64,000 bases of DNA from Neoconidiobolus thromboides FSU 785 (GCA_025603075.1 MU626266.1:151325-215324); one strand, 5' to 3'; counted from the first letter of the stretch, positions 38,895-53,615 are shown. Program-made: numbers and translations. Notes: generated by a model from the letters alone, not told the origin.

Positions 38895-39851
38895 AATAAA
38901 AAGTAGGTTATGCAAAATATTCATTGAAAAACTATAGAAAGTAATACAAAAAAACATAATTGAAGTAAATTGAGCATTTTAGAATGTCCAAATTTTATAT
39001 ATCATTTAAAAACTATACATTAATTTAATCTTTAAAATATTCATATTGATTAAATAGCTTTATAAAATTACAAAATATGTAATTTTTTGAATTCTTAATA
39101 TAATTAATAATCTATTTTAATTTTAAGCTTAAAAAAAAGGTATCCACACTTAAAAGTATATTATTAAAATAACATGTAAATAAAAAATACTATAGCAATT
39201 AGTCAATATTTAAATTCGTAGTTAATAATTAAATTCATAATTATTTTACTTTAGTTTTCTTAGAAAAATTAAATTTCCAACATTATTTATTTTATGCTTT
39301 TGTGAAAACTAGTACTCAGTAGTTAGAATCAAAAGCAGTTCTTGCTTGATCAATTAGCCATAAACCGAAATGCTTTAGTTTATTTAACTAAGATAGACCT
39401 AAATTATGAAGAATAGCACGTAATAGGTTACGAACTATGTAAGACAAATAGAATAGACAATACTACTGTAAAATCTACGTAAAATACTATTAAGAAAATC
39501 TAGTGGATTTATTAAAGATATAATATCAGGGAATAGTTCAGTCAGAAAGCCTCAAGTTACTATGTTCCAAAATTTCTTTTATACTCTAAGAAGTATGGAT
39601 ATCAAAACGAGAGAATAATATTCCAAAGAATGAAGTTGGAAATTCTTGAAGCAAATCAAAATGGGGAATTCTCAATTGATTGGTATGTTATAATCAATTA
39701 TAGAGCTGACAAAGCGATATTTCGCAGTATTCATAATCTATGATATTATCTAAAAATTTAGAAAAGCAACATCGTTTTAATAAATTTAAATACCTACTTA
39801 GCCTTTAATTAATCCTTTTACTTATTTAAATAAAAGTTGCAAAATTTATAT

Positions 39852-39954
39852 AAATGGGGACGTATTCTTTTGTTTAAGAATTTTACTAGCAATCTTTCCA
39901 CTCAAGTAGGATTTAAAAAATAGAAAAAGTAATGAAATCAAAAACATCACTATG
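39852..39954 (+). mobile_element. MITE family 1 copy
   Basis: GGGGACGT...AAGAATTTTACTAGC...TTCCACTCAAG...ACATCACT. Confidence 0.8.
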
Positions 39955-41705
39955 TATTATTTCATTTATCGTAAAATTTTTCAAAAAAAGTTAAAAAACA
40001 TTTATGTATAATATTATTAAGTTTAATCACTACTACTTAATGATATGATTTAATAATAAAATCAAATAGTTGTTTATTCATAATTTATATTTTCAACATA
40101 ACAAAACAAAACTATAATAGTGAGCTTTTATTTACGTTAACCTATTATCTAATTAATATTAGGTAAAAGTTAAATTTAACAATATGCATATACTTTCTGA
40201 GCTATATTGGCATAAAACGAGTTTTAAATTTTATGTAATATATCAATTGACATAAAAATAATATAATACAAGGATTTATTGCATAATTGAGAGTCACTAC
40301 CTCGCTGGATAATAAAATGGGTTCATATTGCTATGAGGGATATGAGCTAGTAACGGAGAAGCACTTAAAGCTACATTATCTTTATTATTGGTTCTTTCTT
40401 TAGCACAAAGCCTAGCCAAACTATATCTATTTTGCTTAATAAATGTCTCATTATCTTTTATAATTTTCGAAGAGTGTCTATAATACTAGAGTAAAATGAG
40501 CAAAATACTAACCACATAAATATAAATAACTTATATAGAGTTGATGAACTAAAAGAATAACAATAATGAGAGATGCCATAATGATATACACCAATAAATA
40601 CGTTTTGGTGAAAAAGTGCATAACTACACCTATGCTATAAATAGAACTGCCAATAAAACCACAAGTCGATGTTTATAAGCGTTTTTTATAACTTGAAATA
40701 AATAAGCTTTATTTCCATCACTTCCAAATAACATTATCTCTGGAATAACTTGATTAAAAATGAAACTTAAAAAGCAATGAGATCTAAGGATAATATGCTT
40801 AACATGGCCTGCTTATGTTATTAATTTTATATTACTTGCTACAGGTTTATACATACTTGATTGCTATATAAGATGATGTTTTATCATAATACTTCGTTCT
40901 TATTTTTTCTTAACTTTACATTATTTATATTCATTATTTTATAAATCGAAGTTTCATTCTTGATGAGGAATGAAATTTCAAAAGACTATTTTATTGATTT
41001 ATTAGTTTAATAAGATTTGTTTGTTATTAAATCCCTAAAGAACTTTAATGTCTTTTATCAATAATGTTATTTGATAAGTTAATTTATTTGCGTTTTATTT
41101 CAGATGCAATTAAAAGTTTCTCAAACTCCTAAACCACCAGTCTAAAACTGTGATTTTAAAATATTTTTATGAAGTGTTAAAGCACAAATAAGATATATCA
41201 ATTTATCTTTATTAAAAACTCAATGGTGTAACAGTATTTTTAATAAATTGTTATACAAAACACGTCATGAGTCTATTAAAAAGTAAATACAAATTAGGAT
41301 TTATTGAAGTTTATAATTATTTTATTAGTATTACTGCTATCATTGACTAATTATGGTCGATTACAAATGTAATAGTTCTTTTAAAAAAATATTTGATTCA
41401 AGGTTTAGTTGAATCTTTACATAATACGTTTAGATGAAACACTGAAGTTGAAAATTAATTATTAATACTTTTATTTAATATATACTACTATTATTATTGA
41501 ATTTAAATACCAAGATTTAAATAAAACATGGACTGAATTCGCTTTTTCAATTAATAAAGTTTGATATAGAGTATGTATAAAACAAAAATTTAGTATTTAA
41601 ATGAGGAAATATTAAAAAAGTGATATAGGACAACACAATATATATTACAACTATAATTTGAGGATGCTGTTATCTTTAAAAATATTTTGTGTTATATTGT
41701 ATTTC

Positions 41706-41767
41706 TATTGTATTCTTATTGTATTCTTATTGTATTTTTATTGTATTCCTATTGTATTCCTATTGTA
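41706..41767. repeat. 11-bp tandem repeat (TATTGTATTCY) x ~5.5
   Basis: tattgtattct tattgtattct tattgtatttt tattgtattcc tattgtattcc tattgta. Confidence 0.9.
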
Positions 41768-42189
41768 GTTTTATTATGGCTATAGTGATATATATCAATA
41801 TGATCTTTTAGATAAAAATGTATTATTCCTTTAGTTTTGTATTTAATGCTTTTTAAACATTCTTATTTTTATAAATAACTTTAAAATATTTTCAATTTAA
41901 CTATTAGACAATACTAACGATATAGTAAACCAAATTCTTATGAGAAGGAGGTATATGATAAACGTTACAAAAGAAGTCAGTAAAAGTAATTGTGTTTTTC
42001 TTTATATTATATGTAATCGTATACAACTATGCGAATAGCTTGTATTTATTGATTTGACAATATTCAGCTTACAATACTATATTTTTAATGTAAAATACCC
42101 AAGCAGTTAAAAAATCAAAATCGGTTTTTGATTGGATCTCATTTTACATAAAAATCGAAAAAAGCTTATGACGTATCTCATTTTAAACC

Positions 42190-43113
42190 ATGGAAAAGAA
42201 AAATTATTCAATGCTAGCTATGGAGGGGGATATATCCCAACTAAGCGAAGCAATACATAATAATCCCGATTTAGTAAATGAATTAGATGGAGATGGAAGA
42301 ACTTTAATATTTTGGGCCGGTAAATTTTAAAAATTGTAATTGAAATAGAGATTCATTCTTTTTTAGCTTCAGGGAAACAGTTTGATACAGTACAGTATCT
42401 ATTATCTAAAGGTGCAAGGATTAATTTCGCTGACGAGGTAAATTTTATCAGAATGATACTAATCAGATAATTAATTAAAATAAGGATGGTTGGACTGTTT
42501 TACATATAGCAGGTAAAAATATTATAAATTTTTGATTTAAATGATTTTAATTTAAGTCATCTAGCTTCAACTGGAGACTTAAATACAGCCAAACAGATTT
42601 TGAGCATTGATTCAAGTCTCGTTAATATTGCTAATGAAAAAAAGCAAACCCCATTGTAAATAATATCAAGTAATTATTTTACAACTTTTAATTTAAATCA
42701 AGGTTTTATTGCGTATCAAAAAATCATCTTGAACTAGGTGATTTACTCTTAAATGAGGGTGCCGAAGTCAACCAGATAGATTCACAAGGTCGTACCCCTA
42801 TGTAAGTGGACACAAATGAGTTTATATCAATCGTCTTATTTAACATGAATTTTTTAGTTTCAGAGCAGTTAGTCAAGGTCATATGAAATACGCGCAGCTA
42901 TTGAAGCAACATGGAGCCAAGTTAAAGATCTTTGATGCTAATGGTAGCTCTTTGTTACATGTGGCATGTGAGGAAGGTCATGAAGAATTAGCCAAATGGT
43001 TGTTGGATAGAGACCTTGATGCAGATAGACTTAATAAGGATAGTTTATCACCTTTGGATCTTGCATCTCCAGAATTGAAGAAAAAATTGGAAAAGTATAT
43101 CGAACAGCTTTAA
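42190..43113 (+). CDS. Ankyrin-repeat protein, Nas6/gankyrin (PSMD10)-like, 6 exons
   Basis: Spliced product DGDGRTLIFWAASG...DEDGWTVLHIAASTG...KQTPLFYCVSKNH...QGRTPMFRAVSQGH...GSSLLHVACEEGH...LSPLDLA; about 225 aa of tandem ankyrin repeats. Confidence 0.8.
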
Positions 43114-43665
43114 TTATAGTATAAAATTGAGACTTATCTGACTTATTTATAATTCGTGTTTATATTTGAGCTTTATTATATTAGAACAGCTCAATTAGAT
43201 TATTTGATTTTTAAATATTAATTATTATTAGATTTTTTACATGACGTAATTTACAATTAAGTTTCATCTTTATAAGTTGGTTTTAATATTATGTAAAGCT
43301 TAAATATCTTTGTCAAGTTGCTTGATAGGTCATAATGAGTTTTTAATTTTGACTTTAATATGAGATAGGCTAGTAAAAGTAGCTATTTAATACTCTATTT
43401 CTACATAAGTTAGTGAAAGTTAATTTATTGACAAGAACTACATTTTTCCTTTTTTCTTTTTATTCCAGTGACCATTCCACATTCATAAGATATAATTCAA
43501 TTAAGACTATGATTAATACTTTCCTAAATTAGGATGTTTTCGAATTTAGTTCAACTATCCGAAATTATAAAGAGTATTTTAGAATAAAAATAGAAAATTG
43601 ATATCCAAGTATTTAAAAAACTACAATGTCTTGTGAGGGATGATATTTATAATTAAGGTAATAAT

Positions 43666-43941
43666 ATACAAGAATGTTTCTTGCTGGTTGCCTTATTATT
43701 TTTTAAATTTAGAAGTTAATTAACCACTGGAGTTGTTTAAGTTCAAACATGTACTGACAAATGATAAAATTTATAATCAGTTATTTGGTCTATTATACTG
43801 ATTTGAAGCTTTTTAGCTAGTTTTTTTTATTCAAATAAACAGCTAGCCAGCTCATATTCAGCCTTAAGCAGTTGGGTTAGTTAATCTCTAAATTTTAAAA
43901 AAATAGCAAAAAAAGGACAATTGATAAAAAAATCACCATGT
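43666..43941 (+). mobile_element. MITE family 2 copy
   Basis: AATTAACCACTGGAGTTGTTTAAGTTCAAACATGTACTGACAAATGATAA matches the reverse complement of 27433-27486; tips AAGAATGTTT...AAATCACC. Confidence 0.78.
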
Positions 43942-45198
43942 TACAAAGGCATAAATTTCATAAATCATTTACTAATTCATCAATATAGAAGTTATAAAGT
44001 TAATTTACAAGCAAAATCAAAAGTACAAATGTTAATCAAATTTTAATTCACAATTTAACAGAGGCTTTAAAATTTGCCAAATTTAGACTATAGGATAACT
44101 CAAAAATAATCGAAGATTAGTTGATAAGGTATCAAATTTTCCGTAAGTTTTAGATCAAAAACTTCAAAATGCTTTCTAGTAGCTTCTTTAAACTTTAAGG
44201 TTATTTTAAAATACATTTACAATAATATAGTTCGCCTTCAAATGTAACATTGTGTGTATAACATAACACAAGATCTAACAAACTAATCTAATTCAAATTT
44301 TGCGGGGGATGACAGTACCTGAATAAAAGAAAATGGGGAATTGGGTTAAAGATAAACAAAGAATAGCACAATGTAAAACCAAAGAATATATATATAATAA
44401 CTTTGATTGGTAATATATAAATACAAGCCAATGAATTAAAATATTTATATGTTTCAATTTTATAAATCTTCTAACACTACACCTTTTGGAAAAATGCAGA
44501 AAACTCAATGGTTTGTAAATTATAAGTAAAAAAGCTAAACAAATACTACATATTTCTAGTGTTTTGTTTAGTTTTTAAATTTTTTGCTTGCAAGCTCTAA
44601 ATCATCGAAGTTTTACATATTTTGCCAAAGGTATATTATATGTTGCACAAGAGTAGAATTGAAACGATCTATAAATTTTATGGGAATAAAATTTTAGCAA
44701 AAATAAAGTCCCTTTTTTAGCACCAATTATTCTCCTTCAAAAAAGAATTTCATTAACAAATAAACCAATGAATCCCAAATCAAAATTTTATTCCTCGGTT
44801 TTAACTGGTTGAAAATATACAAAAGTGACTTGCATTAGAAGAGAGGTGAAGTATATAAAGCAAGTATCTTCCAGTTTATGGAAGAAATCTTTGTCGAATT
44901 TAAGCTACTGCTGTTCTTCAATACATAGATCTTTTATAAATATTATCCAAGTTACCTTATCCTATTGTGACTATTATCTTATTACCCTCCATTTATTATA
45001 AACGAATAGATCAGGTAATCTACTACTTTATTCAATAGTATTTAAAGATAAGAAGCTAACTATTATTAGCTTAGACAAAGCAGTTAGTATAAATCAATAT
45101 AAAACCAAGAAACTTAAAAAATTACTCTATCATTTACCTATAAAAAAGTAAGCTTATTTTACTTCTATATGAAGCCTTACTTAAATAATATGTAGATT

Positions 45199-48100
45199 AT
45201 GACCATATCAAATAACAGTAAAGCTTATTACCAAACCACAGCACCTATTATCAGTGAAGAGAATCACTTTGGTTACCTTGAATTACAAGATGGTTCAATG
45301 TACCAAGGTATCTCTTTTGGTGCTCCAAATAAAACAATTTCTGGAGAATGTGTTTTCCAAACCGGTAATAAATTGTATTAAAGCCATTAAAAATACTTAA
45401 TTAAACGATAATCATAGGTATGGTTGGATACTCTGAATCCTTAACAGATCCTTCCTATGAAGGTCAAGTTTTAGTCTTGACTTTTCCATTGATTGGTAAC
45501 TATGGTGTACCATCAAGGGAAACTTTGGATGAGCTTAATAAGCTTCCAGTCCATTTTGAATCTAACAAAATTCATATTGCTGCTTTAATCGTTGGCCAAT
45601 ATGCTAAAGATTATTCTCATTTCCTTGCTGCTTCTTCCTTGGGCACTTGGTTACAAGAAAATAATGTACCAGCCATTTATGGTGTTGATACTCGTGCACT
45701 TACTAAAAAAATTCGTAGCCAAGGTGTTATGTTGGGTAAAGTAAGATTCCCAAAGAGTGATGCTAGTAATCCAGAGCTTGATGTTAATATGCTTGAACAA
45801 GTAGAATGGGTTGACCCAAATGCACGTAACTTAGCTGCTGAAGTATCTATTAAAGAATCAAAACTTTATTATCCTGAAGCTTCTAAAGCCATTAAAGACA
45901 AAAATGGCAAAGTATTACGTGTGTTAGGTGTTGATGTTGGTATGAAATATAACCAAATCCGTTGCTTTGTTAACCGTGGTGTTGAGTTTAAAGTAGTCCC
46001 TTGGAATTATGATTTTACTAAAGATGATGACTTTGATGGTTTATTTATTTCTAATGGACCTGGTGATCCAACTAGCCTTGATGTTACTATTGGTAATCTT
46101 AAAAAGTTCCTCGAAGCTCCACGTACCCCAGTCTTTGGTATCTGTTTAGGTCATCAATTATTAGCTTTAGCTTCAGGTGCCAAAACAACCAAGCTTAAGT
46201 TTGGTAATCGTGGTCATAATATTCCATGTACTGATATGTTTTCTGGCCGTTGTTTCATTACTTCTCAAAATCATGGTTATGCTGTTGATGCTACCACTTT
46301 ACCAGAAGGTTTCCAAGAATATTTTGTTAATGCTAACGATGGCTCTAATGAAGGTATTATCCATAAAACTTTACCTTTCTTTTCCGTCCAATTCCATCCT
46401 GAATCTACTCCAGGTCCACGTGATGCTGAAGTACTTTTCAATACCTTTATCGATTCCATTGTTGACTTCAAAGCTACTGGAACTCTTAATCCATTAAGTA
46501 AAGTACATGACCAAATTAATATTCAACACCCAGTTGATCTTCGCTCTGGCCTCAAAAAGGTACTTATCCTTGGTTCTGGTGGTTTAAGTATTGGTCAAGC
46601 TGGTGAGTTTGATTATTCTGGTGCTCAAGCTATCAAATCTCTTAAAGAAGAGGGCATCTACACTGTACTTATTAATCCTAATATTGCTACTATCCAAACA
46701 TCTAAAGGTTTAGCTGATAAAGTCTACTTCCTACCAGTCACTCCTGAATTCGTTCGTAAAGTTATTCAAAGTGAACGTCCAGATGGTATCTATGTTACTT
46801 TTGGTGGTCAAACTGCTTTGAATGTTGGTATTAAGATGAAAGATGAATTTGAAGGGCTTGGTGTTAAAGTGCTTGGTACTCCAATTGAAACTATTATCAT
46901 GACTGAGGATCGTGAATTATTTGCTCAAAAAATGTTAGAAATTGGTGAAAAATGTGCTCAATCTCAAACTGCCACTAATGTACAAGAAGCTTTAGCTGCT
47001 GTTGCTGAAATTGGTTACCCAGTTATTGTACGTGCTGCTTATGCTTTAGGTGGTTTAGGTTCTGGTTTTGCTGAAAATGAAAGCCAATTGCTTGAACTTT
47101 GTAATAAAGCATTTGCTGCTAGTCCTCAAGTTTTAGTTGAACGTTCTATGAAAGGATGGAAAGAAGTTGAATATGAAGTTGTTCGTGATTGTAGAGATAA
47201 TTGTATTACTGTTTGTAATATGGAAAATTTTGATCCACTTGGTATCCACACTGGTGATTCTATTGTTATCGCTCCATCTCAAACTCTTTCTGATGAAGAT
47301 TATAATATGTTACGTACCACTGCCGTCAATGTCATTCGTCATTTAGGTGTCATTGGTGAGTGTAATATTCAATATGCTCTTAATCCATTCTCCAAAGAAT
47401 ATTGTATTATTGAAGTTAATGCTCGTTTATCTCGTTCTTCTGCCCTTGCTTCTAAAGCTACTGGTTATCCACTTGCCTTTGTCGCTGCCAAACTCGGTTT
47501 GAATATTCCATTAAATGAGATTAAGAATTCCGTTACCAAGCTTACTTCCGCTTGTTTTGAACCTTCCTTAGATTATGTTGTTGTTAAAATCCCACGTTGG
47601 GATCTTAAGAAATTCCATCGTGTAAGTAAGAAGATTTCTTCTTCTATGAAATCTGTTGGTGAAGTAATGGCAATTGGTCGTACTTTTGAAGAAACAATCC
47701 AAAAGGCTATTCGTTCTATTGATAATTCATTCCTTGGCTTTTCAGATAATGATTATGTTGAAAATATTGATGAGGAATTAAGACATCCATCCGATCAACG
47801 TTTATTTGCTATTGCGCATGCTTTCCATTTAGGTTATTCTGTTGATAAGATTTGGGAAATGACTAATATTGATAAATGGTTTTTAAATCGTTTAAATAAT
47901 ATTTATCAAATGGAAAAAGCACTTAACCTTCATCAATTAGCTACTCTACCACCAACTTTACTTAGAAGTGCTAAACAAATTGGTTTCTCAGATCGTCAAT
48001 TAGCTAAATTTGCCAAAACTAATGAACTTGCTCTTCGTAAATATCGTTTGAAACACAATATTACTCCTTTTGTTAAACAAATTGATACTGTGGCTGCTGA

Positions 48101-51100
48101 ATTCCCTGCTTTCACTAACTATCTTTATCTTACTTATAATGCTTGTGAAAGTGATGTTCAATTTGATGATCATGGTGTAATTGTACTTGGTTCAGGTGTT
48201 TATCGTATTGGTAGTTCCGTTGAATTCGATTGGTGTGCTGTACGTGCCATTCGTACATTAAGAGATAAAAATGTAAAGACAGTGATGATTAATTATAATC
48301 CAGAAACTGTATCTACAGATTATGATGAAGCTGATAGATTATATTTTGAAAATATTACATTAGAAAGAGTATTAGATATTTATGACTTAGAACAAAGTAG
48401 TGGTGTTATTTTATCTATGGGTGGACAAACACCAAATAATATTGCATTACCATTGATGCGTCAAAATGTTAAAATCCTTGGTACTTCCCCTGAAATGATT
48501 GATACTGCTGAAAATCGTTATAAGTTTTCTCGTATGTTAGATAAAATTGGTGTTGATCAACCATTATGGAGGGAATTAACTTCATATGAAGAAGCATTAG
48601 AATTCTGTGATCGTGTTGGTTTCCCAGTATTAGTACGTCCATCTTATGTCTTATCAGGTGCTGCTATGAATGTAGTATTTTCTCCAGATGATTTGTCGAA
48701 TTACCTTACTCAAGCTACTGCTGTTTCTCGTGAATTCCCAGTTGTTATTTCTAAATATATTGAAGAAGCTAAAGAAATTGAAATGGATGCTGTTGCCCAA
48801 GATGGTAAAATGGTTATGCATGTAGTATCAGAACATGTTGAAAATGCAGGTGTACATTCAGGTGATGCTACTTTAGTACAACCACCACAAGATTTAGATC
48901 CAGAAACTGTAAGAAAAATCGTACAAGCTACACAAAAGATTTCAGATGCTTTAGCTGTTACTGGTCCATTCAATATCCAATTCATTGCAAAAAACAATGA
49001 AATTAAAGTAATTGAATGTAATTTACGTGCTGCTCGTTCTTTCCCATTTGTTTCTAAAGTAGTTGGGGTTGACATGATTGAAATGGCTACTAAAGCTATG
49101 CTTGGTTTTGAATTTGAAGCTTATCCAAATCAAAATTTACCAGCTAATTATGTTGGTATTAAAGTACCTCAATTCAGTTTCTCTCGTTTATCAGGTGCTG
49201 ATCCAGTATTAGGTGTTGAAATGGCTTCTACTGGTGAAGTAGCTTGTTTTGGTAATGATAAATATGAAGCTTACCTTAAAGCCCTTAAAGCTACTGGATT
49301 TACTTTACCTAAAAAGAATATTTTATTATCCATTGGTTCTTACAAAGAAAAAGTAGAGTTATTACCTTCTGTAGCTAAATTACATAAATTAGGTTTTAAA
49401 ATCTTTGCTACTGCTGGTACTGCTGATTTTATTCAAGAACATGGATTACCAGTCAAATATTTAGAAGCTTTAGAAGATGATGGTACAAATAATATGACTA
49501 GTGATCAAAAGAAAGAATATAGTTTAAATCAACATTTAGCTAATAATTTAATTGATTTATATATTAATTTACCAAGTAAAAATCAATTCCGTCGTCCAGC
49601 TTCTTATATGTCTCGTGGTTATCGTACTCGTCGTATGGCTGTTGATTTTGAAGTACCTTTAATTACCAATGTTAAATGTGCTAAATTATTAATTGAAGCT
49701 ATTGCTCGTCGTGCTAATGTTAATGGAGATATTGAATTCCCATTAAATCCACATGATGCTAAATCCAGTTATGACTCTGTTCAATTACCAGGCTTAGTTA
49801 ATTTAGCTTCAACTATTAATGATGATAGCGTAGAAACTTTTAGTAACAATTCTTTACGTGCTGGTTTTACTAGAGTAGTTATTTTACCAAATTCAAATTC
49901 TAAAGAATCTTTAAGTTTAAATCAATTACACTCTGATTTCCGTAATCAATCTTATTGTGACTATTTATTCTCTTTAGAAGTTACTGAAAAGAATTTAGAT
50001 GATTTAGCTAATCATCTTTCTGGTGCTGGTGCTTTATTCATTTCAAAGAATTTATTTAATTCATTGGATACTTTAAAATTAGATATTTGCTTTAAAACTC
50101 CATCTGCTCGTGCTTTACCAGTAATCTCAGATGCTACTGGTACTAATTTATCTTCTTTATTATTATTAGCTAGTTTAAATAGTCATTCTATTCATGTATC
50201 TAAAGTATCAACTACTTCTGATATTGAATTATTGACATTAGCTAAACAAAAAGGATTAGACGTTACATTTGATGTACCAATTGATTCATTATTTGCTGAA
50301 CTTAATGAAAATTATGATGACAAATTTGCTCAATTTGTATGGAAGAATTTATCAATTGTTGATTGTTTCTCAGCTCCAAATAATCCAGAGTTAGCTGTTT
50401 CTTATCTCTTCAATGCAACTACTAAAGGATTATTAACTACCAATGATATCATTGCTAAGTTACATACCAATCCATTGAAAATCTTAAAATTAGTAGCTCA
50501 TCCAGAAACTTACGTTGAAGCTGAAATTGGTCGTCCAAGTAGTTTATTAAAAGATACTGAAAATACTACAATTCAACGTGTAGTTATCCGTCAAACTACT
50601 GTATTTTTAGATGGTACTATTATTAAGCAAACTATTCCATTTGCTAAGGATCTTAATGAAACTGCTCGTGCTATTACTACCACTGTTGAACCAGTACCTT
50701 CCACCCAAGCTACTACTGCTTTAAATCAAGTTAATAATCCATTATCACCACGTATCCGTGCTACTGGCTTAAAATTAGATACTAACGTAAGTAAAGAGTC
50801 AACTTCATTAAACGAATTATTTTCACCAACTGAAAATAAACCAGAAACCAACTCAAATCAAACTATTGCTCAACAACAAGCTGCTTTACATCCATCTACT
50901 CAATTAATTTCTGAATTACCAAGTTCCGTTATGAAGATTATGGCTTCCAATTCACCTTTCTATCGTAATCATGTACTTACTGCTTCTCAATTTACACGTG
51001 ATCAATTACATATCTTATTTGGTGTAGCTCAAGAAATGGGTGTTATGGTTAAAAGACATGGTGGTATGGATTTACTAAAGGGTAGAGTATTATGTAATGT

Positions 51101-51884
51101 ATTTTATGAACCAAGTACAAGAACATCAGCCTCTTTTGATACAGCTATGTTAAGATTAGGGGGACAAGTAGTTAACATCAATGGTCAAACTTCATCAGCT
51201 AAAAAAGGAGAAACTTTACAAGATACTATTAGAATGTTAAATCAATATGGTGATGCTATTGTATTACGTCACCCAGAACCAGGATCTGCTCAATTGGCTG
51301 CTCAATATTCTAATTTACCAGTTATTAATGCAGGAGATGGCATTGGTGAACATCCAACTCAAGCATTCTTAGATATTTATACAATTCGTGAAGAATTAGG
51401 TACAGTTAATGGATTAACTATTACATTAGTAGGTGATCTTAAACATGGGAGAACAATTCATTCTTTAGTTAAATTATTATCAATGTATCATGTGAGATTA
51501 AATTATGTTCATCCAAAAGGATTAGGTTTACCAACTGAATTACAAAACCAGTTAACTAAAGCTAATATACCACAAGCTACTTATGACTCTTTAGATGCAC
51601 CTGAATTAATGGAAAATACTGATGTGTTATATGTTACTAGAGTACAGCAAGAAAGATTCACTACTGAAGAAGAATACTTATCAGTTAAGGATTCATACAT
51701 TGTTAATAATGATGTATTAGCTAAAGCTAAAACTCATATGATTGTTATGCATCCACTTCCAAGAGTTGGAGAAATTGATCCAGAAGTAGATTTTGATCAA
51801 AGAGCTGCTTATTTCCGTCAAGCTAAATATGGTCTTTATGTTAGAATGGCTTTACTTGCCCTTGTGCTTGGTAAATCCAACTAA
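45199..51884 (+). CDS. URA2: CAD-like multifunctional pyrimidine enzyme (GATase-CPSase-pseudoDHOase-ATCase); intron 45365-45417
   Basis: GICLGHQ and FHPE (GATase), duplicated ATP-grasp CPSase ([18 protein letters not shown]; [13 protein letters not shown]), ATCase FYEPSTRT...HPTQ...MHPLPR. Confidence 0.98.
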
Positions 51885-52100
51885 AAAATGAATTGATATT
51901 GTTTTGTGATAATAAAATGAGGGTTATTTTATATTATTGTTTTTATTGTCTTTTGTTTTAATATTTATTGTGAAATTGACAGTTATTTTCTTTACCAATT
52001 AAACACTCAAGAGATAGTTCTCTCAAATACTAAAAACTGAATTTTTTTAATCAAAAAATAATCATCTTTAGTTCATTTTAGCAATATTTCAATTCAATAA

Positions 52101-53195
52101 ATGGGTAGTGATAGTAGTAGTAGTGAAAGTTCCAGTAATCTCAGTTTAACGGATGATGAGTTGATAGAATATTCTGAATTAATTGAAAAATTGGGAAGAA
52201 ATTTAGCAGATGTTCAACTAGTGAATTATCATTCTATTGTTGAAAAGTAAATTTCATTTATTCTTCAATATTATATAAAACAGATAAATGAAATGATTTA
52301 TTTTATTTTTTTAGTGTTGAAAAAAATATTGATAATGAAGGTTTGTTATTAGAAGAGTTACTGACAGGAGGAAAAGATAATACTAATACTAATACTAATA
52401 CTAATTTTGAAGAAAAAGTGGAAGGAATTGAAAGAGAAGTAATATTACCAACTAGTGGAATAACAAAAGGAGATATTGTTATGTAAGATAAATGTATAAA
52501 AATAAAAAAATATTAAATTAATTTATAAACTTGAAGTAATGATGTTAACGAATTAATCATTTCAAACGAAGAAATACCAGATACCGTTAATGGATTGGTA
52601 ATTTATTTTTTATTTATTGAAATCATTAATTTTCTTAACCTCTTTTATGGTTATCTAGACTCATCAACTCTTTATAGAACTTTATGAAGATATTCTTGAT
52701 TCCACGATTGAATCCTATCTTAAATCCAGTTTAATAGAAGAAAGTCTGACTGCACAAGACAATTGTAAAAATTGTTTAAAATCGAGCTGTACCCTTAACT
52801 TACCGGAATACTTAAAAAAAGTCAATAAAAAAGTAGTTGAAGAACAAGTCCAATGTGATGATTGTGGGCGTAAGATGGCAGTTAACCGATTCGCTTATCA
52901 TTTAGAAAAATGTTTAGCTAGTTCCTCTGATTTAAGAAAAAGTGAATCAATAACAGAAAGTGTTAGAAGTAGAGAAGTAGAAGAAGAAGAAGAAAGTGAA
53001 GAGTATTTTGAAAGCAATAATAAAGTAAGTGGTCTTAAGAGGAGTCATAGTAATACAGGCTATTTAAATGAAGGGAGTAAAAAAAGTAAAGGTAGAACTT
53101 TAGATACTTCTTATTCATCCGAAAATTCCAACAAATCTCAACAAAATCTACAAAATTTATTTTCCTCCCCAATTCATAAAAATAGTTATGATTAG
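52101..53195 (+). CDS. SGF11: SAGA deubiquitinase-module subunit Sgf11/ATXN7L3-like (spliced)
   Basis: VQCDDCGRKMAVNRFAYHLEKCL is the Sgf11 zinc finger (C-x2-C...RF-x2-HL-x-KC); upstream acidic exons from ATG 52101. Confidence 0.8.
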
Positions 53196-53615
53196 TCATT
53201 TATTATAGATGAATATGAAATTGGTCTATTAAGTTTAATATCAAGTATTTTTTGCTTTTAATTCTTTAAAATACAAAATAGCTTGCATTAGACATTTTTT
53301 TCATTGTATTATCTGTCTCTTTACAAACAAGAGGTGCAGAGTTTAAATCAAATAACCTTATTTTATCTCTCTTGTTTTTTCTTTAGCTTCTAATATTTAA
53401 CTAATAAATCATTTGGGATTTTTTATTTCTTTTAAGAATTTTGAAAAAATAATAACTAATCATTAAGAGAGAAATTTTGTTTTTTATATATAAATTTTAC
53501 AATTTGTTTTATTTGTAATAAAAAAAAATGAAAAAATAATACTATATTTAGTAATAACTTAATATACTATAATTTTAATATTGTAACTTTAAGACAATAA
53601 ATTCTCTTCCATTTT

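Noticed and set aside
40290-40960. Hydrophobic reading frames that might be a decayed membrane or GPCR-like gene
   Set aside because: AT-rich DNA yields F/I/L/Y-rich peptides by chance; no motif or consistent frame could be established.
8159-49075. Overlapping ORFs 8159-8503, 14106-14489, 14877-15086, 22207-22404, 22235-22420, 24050-24298, 25466-25666, 46177-46497, 46277-46471, 48710-49075
   Set aside because: Alternative-frame or antisense shadows of recognised genes.
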